Of a DNA stretch of 64,000 nucleotides, positions 38,421-46,946 are shown piece after piece. Each line of letters opens with the position of its first letter. The first letter of the stretch is position 1. Made by a program: the position numbers and the translations under genes. The notes below the pieces were generated by a model, which ran no database searches, was not told where the DNA came from, and worked only from the letters and a program-made list of their open reading frames with translations. Origin of the DNA: Candidatus Acidiferrum sp. (lineage in GTDB: Bacteria; Acidobacteriota; Terriglobia; Acidiferrales; UBA7541); the NCBI GenBank assembly GCA_035996445.1, contig DASYJM010000033.1, forward strand, positions 36,890-100,889. The letters run 5' to 3'.

Positions 38421-38714
38421 TTAAGCGATTGGAGGTGCGCGGGAGGGAGAATCGTGACTGAAGAGATCTTTATTAAACTGTACGGCGATTTCGTGGACAC
38501 AACCGGTCGTTAAAAGAGGCGCGGCCAACAATAACGCACTGACGCCCCGCGCTGCGCCCAAGTGCGCGGCGTGGCAAACCCGGCAGGCGGCCTCGTTTTG
38601 CCCGTTTTCGTGGTCGTGAATTACGACCTGTATCAGGAACACGACGATGCAGCAGGCAGTCGCAAGCGCCAAAGTTCGGGCGAAATAATTTACGGATTTT
38701 GAGGTGTGCCGCAT
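38421..38714 (-). CDS. DUF2946-like leader protein (TM, HDHE, CRVCH, C-terminal RAPP)
   Basis: 97 aa from ATG 38714. Ends ...SHDSPSRAPPIA. Lies 122 nt upstream of the TonB receptor. Confidence 0.8.
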   Translation of the reverse strand: MRHTSKSVNYFARTLALATACCIVVFLIQVVIHDHENGQNEAACRVCHAAHLGAARGVSALLLAAPLLTTGCVHEIAVQFNKDLFSHDSPSRAPPIA

Positions 38715-38756
38715 GCTTTTAAACTTCAATACTTATTGTACTCGCAATATTCGCGA

Positions 38757-39623
38757 CTAAAGTTCGGGTCGCGACGAAGTTGCTCCTTCAAGGTACCGGG
38801 GGTTGCGCCCATGGTGCAGAATCAGGTGTAAGAAAAACATGAGTATCAAAACTCCACCAAAGGTCACCACAATTGTAGCGCCTGTCGGGGTATCAATCTT
38901 AACACTCAAGATGACCCCTAACGCCGATACTAGTGTACCCATTGTCCACCCTATGGCCAGCCGCGGTCCAATGCGGTCAGCAAAAAGCATCGCTCCCACG
39001 CTGGGAACGATCAGGTAACAAAACACTAGCAGAACACCCGCAATGGCGACCGAGGAAGTAACCACAAATCCGAACGAAGCATAAAAAAGAAAATCCCAGA
39101 ACCTCACGTTGAAGTTAAGTTTTTCGGCGTTATCGTGATGCATGGAAATTTGCAAAAACTTTTTGCGGAAAATGTAGTGAAATATTCCGACCGCACCGTA
39201 CAAAATTGCCGTCTTGCGAACTTCCGCCCAAGACACCGCCAGTATGTTTCCCACCAGCATGTCCTTCAAATGCTCAGTTTCGCCGGTAGCTTTGCTCATC
39301 AGCAGGATTGCCGTAGCCGAGGCCACCGCGTAGGCGATACCGATGAACGCTTCCTGGGGAATATGTCCACGCCTGGTCCTCGCCATTGCAAAAATGGCCG
39401 CGCCCAAAAACGTGAAACCCAGGCTGATCCAATAAGACCCGCGTCCATGCGGATCCATTCCCACCACAATTGCCACGGTCGCTCCCAGCGCTGCGATTTG
39501 GGCTAGCGCGAGGTCCACGAAGATAACTCCCCGTTCCACCACATGTACCCCAAGGTACGCGTGGATGCCGGTCAGAATCAGGCTCGCCACGAACGGCGCG
39601 AGCAAAAACGGAAGAATCTCCAT
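38757..39623 (-). CDS. metal ABC transporter permease (ZnuB/MntB, ABC-3 family)
   Basis: Motifs GVHVVERGVIFVDLALAQ, LVGNILAV and VFCYLIVP. About 8-9 TM segments. Confidence 0.9.
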   Translation of the reverse strand: MEILPFLLAPFVASLILTGIHAYLGVHVVERGVIFVDLALAQIAALGATVAIVVGMDPHGRGSYWISLGFTFLGAAIFAMARTRRGHIPQEAFIGIAYAVASATAILLMSKATGETEHLKDMLVGNILAVSWAEVRKTAILYGAVGIFHYIFRKKFLQISMHHDNAEKLNFNVRFWDFLFYASFGFVVTSSVAIAGVLLVFCYLIVPSVGAMLFADRIGPRLAIGWTMGTLVSALGVILSVKIDTPTGATIVVTFGGVLILMFFLHLILHHGRNPRYLEGATSSRPEL

Positions 39624-39641
39624 CGAATTGGGCTCCTGGTG

Positions 39642-40625
39642 CTAGTGGGTGGTGTCGAACGCTTGTTTTAATTTGGCGATATCGTAGTCAAACAATTTGA
39701 AGTAATCGGTAACTTCCTTTTCGCCGCCGACCGACGGCAGCAACACGACTACTTGCCCGCCGGTCTCCCGGGCCACGGAATTGGGAGTTTTCAAATCGAA
39801 GTACGGTTCCACTACGATCACTTTCACGTTGTCCCGCCTCATTTGTCCAATCAAGTCCACGGTGTGCTGCGGGGTAGGCGGAATGCCCGGGCGCGGTTCC
39901 ACGTAGCCCACGACGTTCAGTTGAAAATGTTCGGCAAAATTCGGCCATGAGCGGTGATAGGTCACAATCTTCCGTCCGGCGTACGGTTTCATCTCGGCTT
40001 TCCATTTCTCATCGGCCTGCTTCAACCGCTGTTCGAAATCGCTATACCGTTGCGCAAAATAAGCCGAATCATTCGGACGCATTTCACTCAGCTTGTCCGC
40101 GATGCCCTTTGCGACGCGCAATCCATTCTCGGGATCGAGCCAGTAGTGCGGGTTACCTTGCGGATGCACATCGCCTTCGGCTCTGGTCACCTGCCCAGTC
40201 GGAATCTCCAGAATCTTCGCAAAGCGCGAAGCGTCCAGATAACCTGGCGCGGATACTTGAATATTCGGATTGCTGGATTGCGTGATTAGCGGCGGCAACC
40301 ATCCAATCTCCAACTCAAGTCCCACTACGATCAGCAAATCTGCCTTGCGCAGCTTCAGCAGGAAGCTGGGCTTGGCCTCCACAAAGTGCGGGTCCTGATA
40401 TCCCTTGGCGATGGATTCAACATCCACTTTGTCGCCGCCCACTTCCTGTGCCAGTGAGGCCAGGTCGGTGGTCGCCGTGATGATTTTCAGCTTGTTCTCC
40501 GCACGCCCTGCCGGACTTCCCGCCAATGCACACACCAATACGATTGCCATCGCCACGGCGGTGCTTTTCGTGAAGTAATTCGTGACGTAAAATATCATTC
40601 TCTCGATCAGCCGTACCTGTGACAT
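39642..40625 (-). CDS. metal ABC substrate-binding protein (ZnuA/TroA, cluster A-I)
   Basis: Motifs QDPHF, GNPHYWLDP and TYHRSW. SD AAGGAGA precedes ATG 40625. Confidence 0.92.
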   Translation of the reverse strand: MSQVRLIERMIFYVTNYFTKSTAVAMAIVLVCALAGSPAGRAENKLKIITATTDLASLAQEVGGDKVDVESIAKGYQDPHFVEAKPSFLLKLRKADLLIVVGLELEIGWLPPLITQSSNPNIQVSAPGYLDASRFAKILEIPTGQVTRAEGDVHPQGNPHYWLDPENGLRVAKGIADKLSEMRPNDSAYFAQRYSDFEQRLKQADEKWKAEMKPYAGRKIVTYHRSWPNFAEHFQLNVVGYVEPRPGIPPTPQHTVDLIGQMRRDNVKVIVVEPYFDLKTPNSVARETGGQVVVLLPSVGGEKEVTDYFKLFDYDIAKLKQAFDTTH

Positions 40626-40645
40626 GCCAGTCTCCTTGTTCACCA

Positions 40646-42043
40646 TCAAAAGGGGTGAGCGCCATGCGCGCCCATCACGAATAAAAACTGGAACAATAGC
40701 TCGTTGGCATTGTCAAAACTTGCGTTGGGAGCCGTCGCCAGGTGGCCGTACCTATATTGTCCCCGTATTTGGCTGAACTCGCTTGGCCAATAGGTAACAA
40801 TCGCCGACAGGCCCGTATCAATCAGATTCGCATTGCGTGCATGTGCGCTGCGGTCGAACCGGCCCCCAACCGTCCAGCGCCGGTTCACGCGGTACTCCGC
40901 GGAGGAGTACGTTCCGAAAGCGTGCACTGATTGGGAAAGGTCCAACGGCGAAATCTGGTCGCGCAAACTGTAAAACAATTCTGTGCGGAATATAAATGAC
41001 TTGTAAATCGCGCGGCGCAGCGGCTTCCACCGCAGCGTAGCGTCGGCTCCATACAGGCTGGTGATGAAAGGCGAGCCGACGTCATTGTGGCCTCGCGCGT
41101 ACGAAACGCCCAAATCCAGGTTGGTGGATTCACTTAAGTCCTTGTAGCCCCGAAGGTGTCCCACCACGCTAACGTCTTGCCGCTCGTTAGCGGTGAAAAC
41201 ATCCCCGGAATCGCCGCGAAATACTTGTCCGGTGGCTTCTAGGAACCAACCCTTTGGCGCCGGCAAGATGCGCGACAACGAAAATCCGGCGTCGTCAATG
41301 CCATCTTCGCCGCCAAGCAGATTATTCGTCGCCAATGGCCGGTCTATGAACGGCAACGCGTGGTTGTGAATGGTATTGATCTTGCCGAAAGCGGCTCGCA
41401 TTTTTCCGACCTTCAAGAGCAGCCCGGCGGGCAACGACGTAAACGTCACATACCCTTCTTCCACGTTCACCCCTTGCTCGCCAAACGAGATAAATACGTC
41501 CGCGCGCGCATAGGGATCGATAATCGCTTGTACCCCCAACTCCGACTCATGCAACTCCAGTGACGGAGACGGAGTCACGTCGTTGTGACCGACTGCGCCG
41601 ATAAAGTCGCCGATCAAGCTGATGTCGGGATTTAGCAACCTGGCATTCCCGCTGGCGCCGCCAAAAGTCTGGGTCTGCGTTGACTGTAGCGCTTGAGCTT
41701 GGGGAGTAGGTGCAGCCAGAGCCGCGGCAGGCATCGTGGCAACGTTCGTTACGCTTGACGACTCCGCGATTACTGGCCGGGGAGCTGGTGCAGATGCAGA
41801 TGTCAGCACCAGTCGCGCTGCTGCCTCTTCACTAGGGGCCTTCGCGTCCGCCAGGACCTTCAGTTGATCGCGCAGCAGGGCCACTTGCTCGGCCAGCATG
41901 CTCACCTGTTGTTCTAGCGTTTGTATGCGCGCCTCAGAATTGGCAGTGGACTTTTCGCCTGAAGAGCCGTTTGTTGGGACTCCCTGGGCCTTGGCGCAAA
42001 CAGCTACAAATAGCAGAGCGCATAACACGGAGGTCTTTTTCAT
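40646..42043 (-). CDS. outer-membrane beta-barrel with N-terminal coiled coil (metal-uptake associated)
   Basis: Signal peptide, heptad segment, NPDISLIGDF, IHNHALPF and C-terminal GAHGAHPF. SD GGGAGA precedes ATG 42043. Confidence 0.82.
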   Translation of the reverse strand: MKKTSVLCALLFVAVCAKAQGVPTNGSSGEKSTANSEARIQTLEQQVSMLAEQVALLRDQLKVLADAKAPSEEAAARLVLTSASAPAPRPVIAESSSVTNVATMPAAALAAPTPQAQALQSTQTQTFGGASGNARLLNPDISLIGDFIGAVGHNDVTPSPSLELHESELGVQAIIDPYARADVFISFGEQGVNVEEGYVTFTSLPAGLLLKVGKMRAAFGKINTIHNHALPFIDRPLATNNLLGGEDGIDDAGFSLSRILPAPKGWFLEATGQVFRGDSGDVFTANERQDVSVVGHLRGYKDLSESTNLDLGVSYARGHNDVGSPFITSLYGADATLRWKPLRRAIYKSFIFRTELFYSLRDQISPLDLSQSVHAFGTYSSAEYRVNRRWTVGGRFDRSAHARNANLIDTGLSAIVTYWPSEFSQIRGQYRYGHLATAPNASFDNANELLFQFLFVMGAHGAHPF

Positions 42044-42100
42044 AAACACTTCTCCCAAATGCAAAAATTTTCCTACGTCACCAGGAGATACTAGAGGGGG

Positions 42101-42385
42101 CTAGCAAAAACTAACAGCAGGGGGTGCGCGCGGTGAAACGGCGTGGGGAATATCTGGGGATGTTGCCGCCGGAACCGGAAAGGTCTCCAGCTGATTGATG
42201 ACCGTCGTGAAAGCGAGACTGGGGGAGCTTGGCGTGACGACTGATCCGGCCGCCGAGCAGAGCGGGCAAACGTGAGAGTCCGAAGGTGCCGCGCTTAGGT
42301 CTCCACAATAGTGAAACTGCGCCCCCAGAAATATGACTGCCAGGAGCAAAGTTAGAATGTGAATTTTCCGGACATCCCCAGACAT
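42101..42385 (-). CDS. DUF2946-like leader protein (TM, CPLC, C-terminal RAPP)
   Basis: 94 aa from ATG 42385. Ends ...AVSPRAPPAVSFC. Lies 57 nt upstream of the barrel gene. Confidence 0.8.
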   Translation of the reverse strand: MSGDVRKIHILTLLLAVIFLGAQFHYCGDLSAAPSDSHVCPLCSAAGSVVTPSSPSLAFTTVINQLETFPVPAATSPDIPHAVSPRAPPAVSFC

Positions 42386-42401
42386 GTGCTTTGTAAGACG
42401 G

Positions 42402-42430
42402 AGCTTAGGCCGGAATGGTTGCGGGGTCAA
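42402..42430 (-). promoter_or_regulatory. sigma-70-type promoter of the metal-uptake operon
   Basis: Minus-strand TTGACC-N17-TAAGCT. Confidence 0.6.
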
Positions 42431-42465
42431 GCAGCGAAACAATAGGATTGCCAAGCTCTAAATAG

Positions 42466-44076
42466 CTATTTCATAGCTTCCAGATTGACTTTAACTTCTT
42501 TTAACTCAGGCCGGTCGGCTCCAGCGTCCACTATTTTCAGCAGTTGCATGTAGTAATCTCGTGCAGAGCGGATGTCGCCCGCCGCCTGGCTTGCTTGCGC
42601 GGCGCCCAGCAAAGCGTCAAACCGGTTGGGCGCCTCGGCCAAAACCACCTTATAAGCCACCATCGCATCGTGCGGCTTCTTTAACTCCATCATTAAATCC
42701 CCTAACATCTCGCGAGCCGGCATGGTGGTAGACTCGAGGCCTTTGGCATCTTCTCGGTCAGCCGCGGATCGTAGTAAATCTATGGCTTTAGCGGAATTTC
42801 CCTCAGCATACGCCAGCCAGGCCTCCGCTTCGCGCAGGTCGGTAGCTTTCTCCGTGGAAACATCATAGCCCGTAGCTTTACTCTCTCCTTCGCGGTACAA
42901 CACGGCTTCCGCCAATTTGCTTACATCATCTTTGGCTGTCGCCACATCACCGCTTCGTGCCGCTCCTATCGCCTTCGCCCAGTAAATGATGTCCCGGGAG
43001 TTTCTTCGCTCCGGAACCGACAGTGCCGCAGCCTCCTTCCATCGGTGCAGCTCGATCGCATTACGCGCGTCCACCGTGGCCCGGTGATCGGCTTTTTCTC
43101 CCTCGCCAGAACCGGGCACGGTCATCTCTTCCGCCGACAACGCGCGCGCCTGGGCTTCCTGTCCACTTTGCAAATAAGCGTAATCCAGGAAGTCCATGGC
43201 ATGGGTTTGGTAATGTGCCTCGGCTTGATGCATTTCCGAAGCATGCGCTGCTGCCGCTGTGGCCGCTATGTTCGATGCAATCGATTCCTGCCACAACCCC
43301 AGCCTCGTAAAAATGTGCGACGGCATATGCAGAGCGTGCGAGGAATCCGGCGCGATCTTCGCGTAAGCGCGCGCCGCGGCAAGCCCTTCACTCGCAAACT
43401 GCGGTTTGTCCGTGGCGTGAATCAGGTAATGCGCTACACCAGGATTGCCGGGATGCTTCTGGAAGAGCGGTTCTAGTATCGCCATCGCTTTTTTGCGATT
43501 GGCCGTGTCATCGACGTCTTCATCCGCCAAAGCCACCAGCGACAAGGCATAAAACGCGCTGGCCTCCACGTCGCCCGGCGCGCCCGAATGTAATTGCGCT
43601 AAGGCTTCCGAGTACGCGGTAGTCCGCTGCACGTGAGAAAGCTTCTCGTCGTTCTGATAAAACGCGGCGGCCGCGGCAATATATCCGCGTTCACGCGGGG
43701 TGGGGGCGCTGAGTTTCTGCGCCTTTTCCACGCTCTCTAAACCTTCTTTAAGCGTTCGCTTCCCTGGAAAATCCCACAACTGGTGATAAAGCGCCATGGC
43801 CGCGCCCCAGTGTGCTATCGCACAATGCGTGTCCAGGTCCGCGCCCGCCTTGAACGCACTCTCCGATTCCCGATACTGAAACGAATGCAACAGCGCCAGC
43901 CCCTTCAGTAACGCCGGTTGCGCTTCCGCTTTGCAGCTATTGGGGAAATCCACGTGGCCAAGTTGCTCGGAAGTTGTTTCAGGAGAGTGCTTCGCGGTGG
44001 CGAAAAAGTAACTTAAGGGCAGTCCTAGACACAGTGACGTCGCAAGGAAAAGGTTGATCACGATGCTCATGCGCAT
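42466..44076 (-). CDS. secreted TPR/helical-repeat protein, unknown function
   Basis: Signal peptide, TPR-like helices and His motifs HYLIHA, SHALHMPSHIF and HYQTHAMD. Confidence 0.85.
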   Translation of the reverse strand: MRMSIVINLFLATSLCLGLPLSYFFATAKHSPETTSEQLGHVDFPNSCKAEAQPALLKGLALLHSFQYRESESAFKAGADLDTHCAIAHWGAAMALYHQLWDFPGKRTLKEGLESVEKAQKLSAPTPRERGYIAAAAAFYQNDEKLSHVQRTTAYSEALAQLHSGAPGDVEASAFYALSLVALADEDVDDTANRKKAMAILEPLFQKHPGNPGVAHYLIHATDKPQFASEGLAAARAYAKIAPDSSHALHMPSHIFTRLGLWQESIASNIAATAAAAHASEMHQAEAHYQTHAMDFLDYAYLQSGQEAQARALSAEEMTVPGSGEGEKADHRATVDARNAIELHRWKEAAALSVPERRNSRDIIYWAKAIGAARSGDVATAKDDVSKLAEAVLYREGESKATGYDVSTEKATDLREAEAWLAYAEGNSAKAIDLLRSAADREDAKGLESTTMPAREMLGDLMMELKKPHDAMVAYKVVLAEAPNRFDALLGAAQASQAAGDIRSARDYYMQLLKIVDAGADRPELKEVKVNLEAMK

Positions 44077-44262
44077 CCCTCCGTAGCCGTTACACGTCCG
44101 AGTCCGCTTCCGCGACGAGGCAGCATTCTGCTAACTGCGCACCGATTTTAGCAGCTCCTAGGGCCCGAGCCGGTTTGTCTCGGTTGTTTCGCCTTCCCCG
44201 GGGTACGCCACTCTGATAGGTGCTCGCATATAGATGAACGGTTCACTCGTCGGTCGAGGTGT

Positions 44263-44340
44263 GCGGCTGAAATGATCACAGAAAATGCAATGCTCAGAAC
44301 AGCCACCCTTGCAAAAACCGCAAGGATGGGTCACCCAACG
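44263..44340. repeat. ~80-bp repeat with REP-like palindrome, copy 1
   Basis: GCGGCTGAAATGATCACAGAAAA...CCCTTGCAAAAACCGCAAGGATGGGTCACCC, similar to 45667-45748. Confidence 0.85.
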
Positions 44341-44688
44341 TCAGAGGCCCAACTTCCTTGAAACGGACTCCGCCCAGCCTTCGACCTTCCCATGGCCATC
44401 CTGTTAGAATACTTACTGGAGCGGTTCTTCGAAGCAGGTGAGGGAGCGAAAGCTGTTTGAACCAATGACGAATCTCTGAGGCGCTGCGGACAGACAGCCT
44501 GTGTGCACGGCCTGTCCCGCTGGCTGGTCAACGCGTCAATCGCAAGACGACCCGCGAGCGGGGCAGGAAAGCCTAACGGTTGGCTCGTGGTGCCCACCTA
44601 ATTCAGAGGTTCACGGCCTAGCTCCCCACGGCCTAGCAGTCCGCTCTATTTTTTTGCCCGCGTGATTGTCCGGCTCCCAAAACCAATG

Positions 44689-45606
44689 CTAGAGAAACTT
44701 CACTAGCGCCTCGGTGGTTTCCTTGGGCCGCTCTTCCAGGATCCAATGGCCGGTCTCCGGCAGTACGATCACCGTTACCTTCGTAGCCACCAACTTCATC
44801 TGCTGCCCCAATTCTTTTCCCAGCGACTTTTCCCCGCCGATGGACAGCACCGGCATGGTCAGCTTGGTGCGCGACAAGTCCGCGAAATCTTTGGCCGTCT
44901 GCGGCCACGACACAAAATATTGCCACGCCGCCCTCATACGTCCCGGCCGAGAATATGCGGCGATGTACGCCTTCCGGTCGGCCTCCGGGAGCGAACGGTT
45001 TTTATCGGCGGCTAGATCGTCCCAAAAAAAAGAAAAGTAGATTTGTTCGCGCCCGGCGACCAGCGCTTCCGGCTTCGGCCCATTGAATCGAAAATGCCAG
45101 ATCGACGGGTTGTTATAAATCGGTTCCCAGCCTTCGACGCCCGGCAAAAATGCATCCATTACCGCAAGTTTCTCCACTTCCGCTGGGAATTGCGCGGCAT
45201 ATGCGTAAGCCACCATCAGCCCGATGTCATGTCCCACGAGGCGGGCTTCTTCGATACCTAGCGAGCGCACCAGCGAGTGAATGCTGATCGCCGCATCCTT
45301 CATGTTGATCCCGTTTGCAGGGATTGAGGAGTCACCAATTCCTGGCAAGTCCGGCGCGATTACCGTGAACTTCTCACCGAGTACCGGCAATATCGGCGTC
45401 CACATCCTCGACGTCTCGGCAAAACCATGCAGCAAGACTACTGCTGGACCATGGCCACCCATGGTGTAGTGCAATTTCAGTCCGTCAACGTCCGCATCCT
45501 TTGATGCGAAGCCCGGTGGCAGCCTGTCTTGCCTTTGCGCGCGCGCCGGAAATGAAGCGACGAGTAGGGTGAACAAGAAAGTTCCTACAGCGAATTTGAA
45601 CCTCAT
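44689..45606 (-). CDS. secreted alpha/beta hydrolase (epoxide hydrolase/dehalogenase-like)
   Basis: Signal peptide and motifs VLLHGF, APDLPG, VGHDIG (Asp nucleophile) and GHW. Confidence 0.9.
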   Translation of the reverse strand: MRFKFAVGTFLFTLLVASFPARAQRQDRLPPGFASKDADVDGLKLHYTMGGHGPAVVLLHGFAETSRMWTPILPVLGEKFTVIAPDLPGIGDSSIPANGINMKDAAISIHSLVRSLGIEEARLVGHDIGLMVAYAYAAQFPAEVEKLAVMDAFLPGVEGWEPIYNNPSIWHFRFNGPKPEALVAGREQIYFSFFWDDLAADKNRSLPEADRKAYIAAYSRPGRMRAAWQYFVSWPQTAKDFADLSRTKLTMPVLSIGGEKSLGKELGQQMKLVATKVTVIVLPETGHWILEERPKETTEALVKFL

Positions 45607-45666
45607 AGGTCTCCTTAGGGTCAGCAGACGGGTGCTGCAGAATATAACAGCGGCCGGCCGAGATGC

Positions 45667-45748
45667 GCGGCTGAAATAATCACAGAAAAATGTGAATGCT
45701 CAGAAAAGCCCCACCTTTGCAAAAACCGCAAGGATGAGCCACCCGACG
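45667..45748. repeat. ~80-bp repeat with REP-like palindrome, copy 2
   Basis: Same orientation as 44263-44340; shares TTGCAAAAACCGCAAGGATG. Confidence 0.85.
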
Positions 45749-45814
45749 GATTCGCCGGTCCGGCCGTGACGTCGTTGATGCGTACGTGGATGTGTACTAC
45801 GATTTGGTCCCTAT

Positions 45815-46942
45815 ATGATGAAAGCCGTGCAATCAGCCCCACAAATCGCCAGCTCTCCGCTTCGTGAAGCTCTGCCGAACTCCGAAGCTGGCTTCCTGTG
45901 GGATTTCTGGTATCCGGCGCTTCGCAGCTCGGAGATAAAGGGTCAAAAACTCTCGACCGCCATGCTTTTGGAAGTGCCTTTAGTGCTGGGGCGCACTTCG
46001 GACGGAAGGGCATTCGCGATGCGGGATGCTTGTCCGCATCGAGGAATCCCATTGTCGTATGGGAGATTTGACGGGCAGGCGGTGGAATGCAGCTACCACG
46101 GTTGGAAATTTGACGCGTGCAGCGCGCGATGCCTGGAAATTCCGTCCCTTGCAAGCCAGGATAAATTGCGCGTCGACCGGATTTTCGCGGGGCATTATCC
46201 ATGCGCCGAACAAGATGGATACGTCTGGGTATATATGACCACGCCGGGCTCGCGGACCCCGGAAAATGTGCCGGAGGCCCCACGGCTACCGGTCTTCAGC
46301 GAGAAATACAAGATCACCAGGCTGTCTTGCGAACTTCCCTCGCACGTGGATCAGGGAATTATCGGCTTGATGGATCCAGCGCATGGGCCGTTCGTGCACC
46401 AATCGTGGTACTGGCGAAGCCGGCGAAGCATCCATGAAAAAGAAAAGCGCTTCGAGCCCATTCCCAATGGTTTTCGTATGAGCAGGCACGAGCCGTCGTC
46501 CAACAGCGCGCCGTATAAATTGTTGCGATATTTTTCAGGCGAAGCCACGACGACGATGATTGATTTTGTCTTACCCAACATGCGCCTGGAAGAAATTCGC
46601 AGCGGCCACTTATGGTTTTCGAGCCGCGCCACGGTGACCCCGGTGCGACAAGATCTATGCCGCATCGATTTTGTGGCCGCGTGGAATCTGGCTCGGTGGA
46701 TGCCATTCGTCGTGCCGGTTTTTCGCGCCTTTGCTAAAAAGTTCTTGCGGCAGGATCAGGAAACGATGATTAAGCAGGCGGAAGGCTTGAAACACAATCC
46801 TCACTTAATGCTGATAGATGACGCCGACCGCCCGGCGAAATGGTATTTCGCGCTCAAAGCTAATTTGCTCGATTCTCGCAGCACCGGCACGCCCATGGTT
46901 CATCCCATGCCGGGCCCGGTAACGCTTCATTGGCGTAGTTAA
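45815..46942 (+). CDS. Rieske non-heme iron oxygenase alpha subunit
   Basis: Rieske motif CPHRG...CSYHGW and mononuclear Fe motif DPAHGPFVH. Confidence 0.92.
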   Translation: MMKAVQSAPQIASSPLREALPNSEAGFLWDFWYPALRSSEIKGQKLSTAMLLEVPLVLGRTSDGRAFAMRDACPHRGIPLSYGRFDGQAVECSYHGWKFDACSARCLEIPSLASQDKLRVDRIFAGHYPCAEQDGYVWVYMTTPGSRTPENVPEAPRLPVFSEKYKITRLSCELPSHVDQGIIGLMDPAHGPFVHQSWYWRSRRSIHEKEKRFEPIPNGFRMSRHEPSSNSAPYKLLRYFSGEATTTMIDFVLPNMRLEEIRSGHLWFSSRATVTPVRQDLCRIDFVAAWNLARWMPFVVPVFRAFAKKFLRQDQETMIKQAEGLKHNPHLMLIDDADRPAKWYFALKANLLDSRSTGTPMVHPMPGPVTLHWRS

Positions 46943-46946
46943 CAAA

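Noticed and set aside
38421-38714. c-type cytochrome, based on CRVCH
   Set aside because: There is no cytochrome-like body or distal ligand context. The TM-CxxC-RAPP layout, the position and the paralogous leader with CPLC(S) fit a leader peptide better, though heme attachment is not formally excluded.
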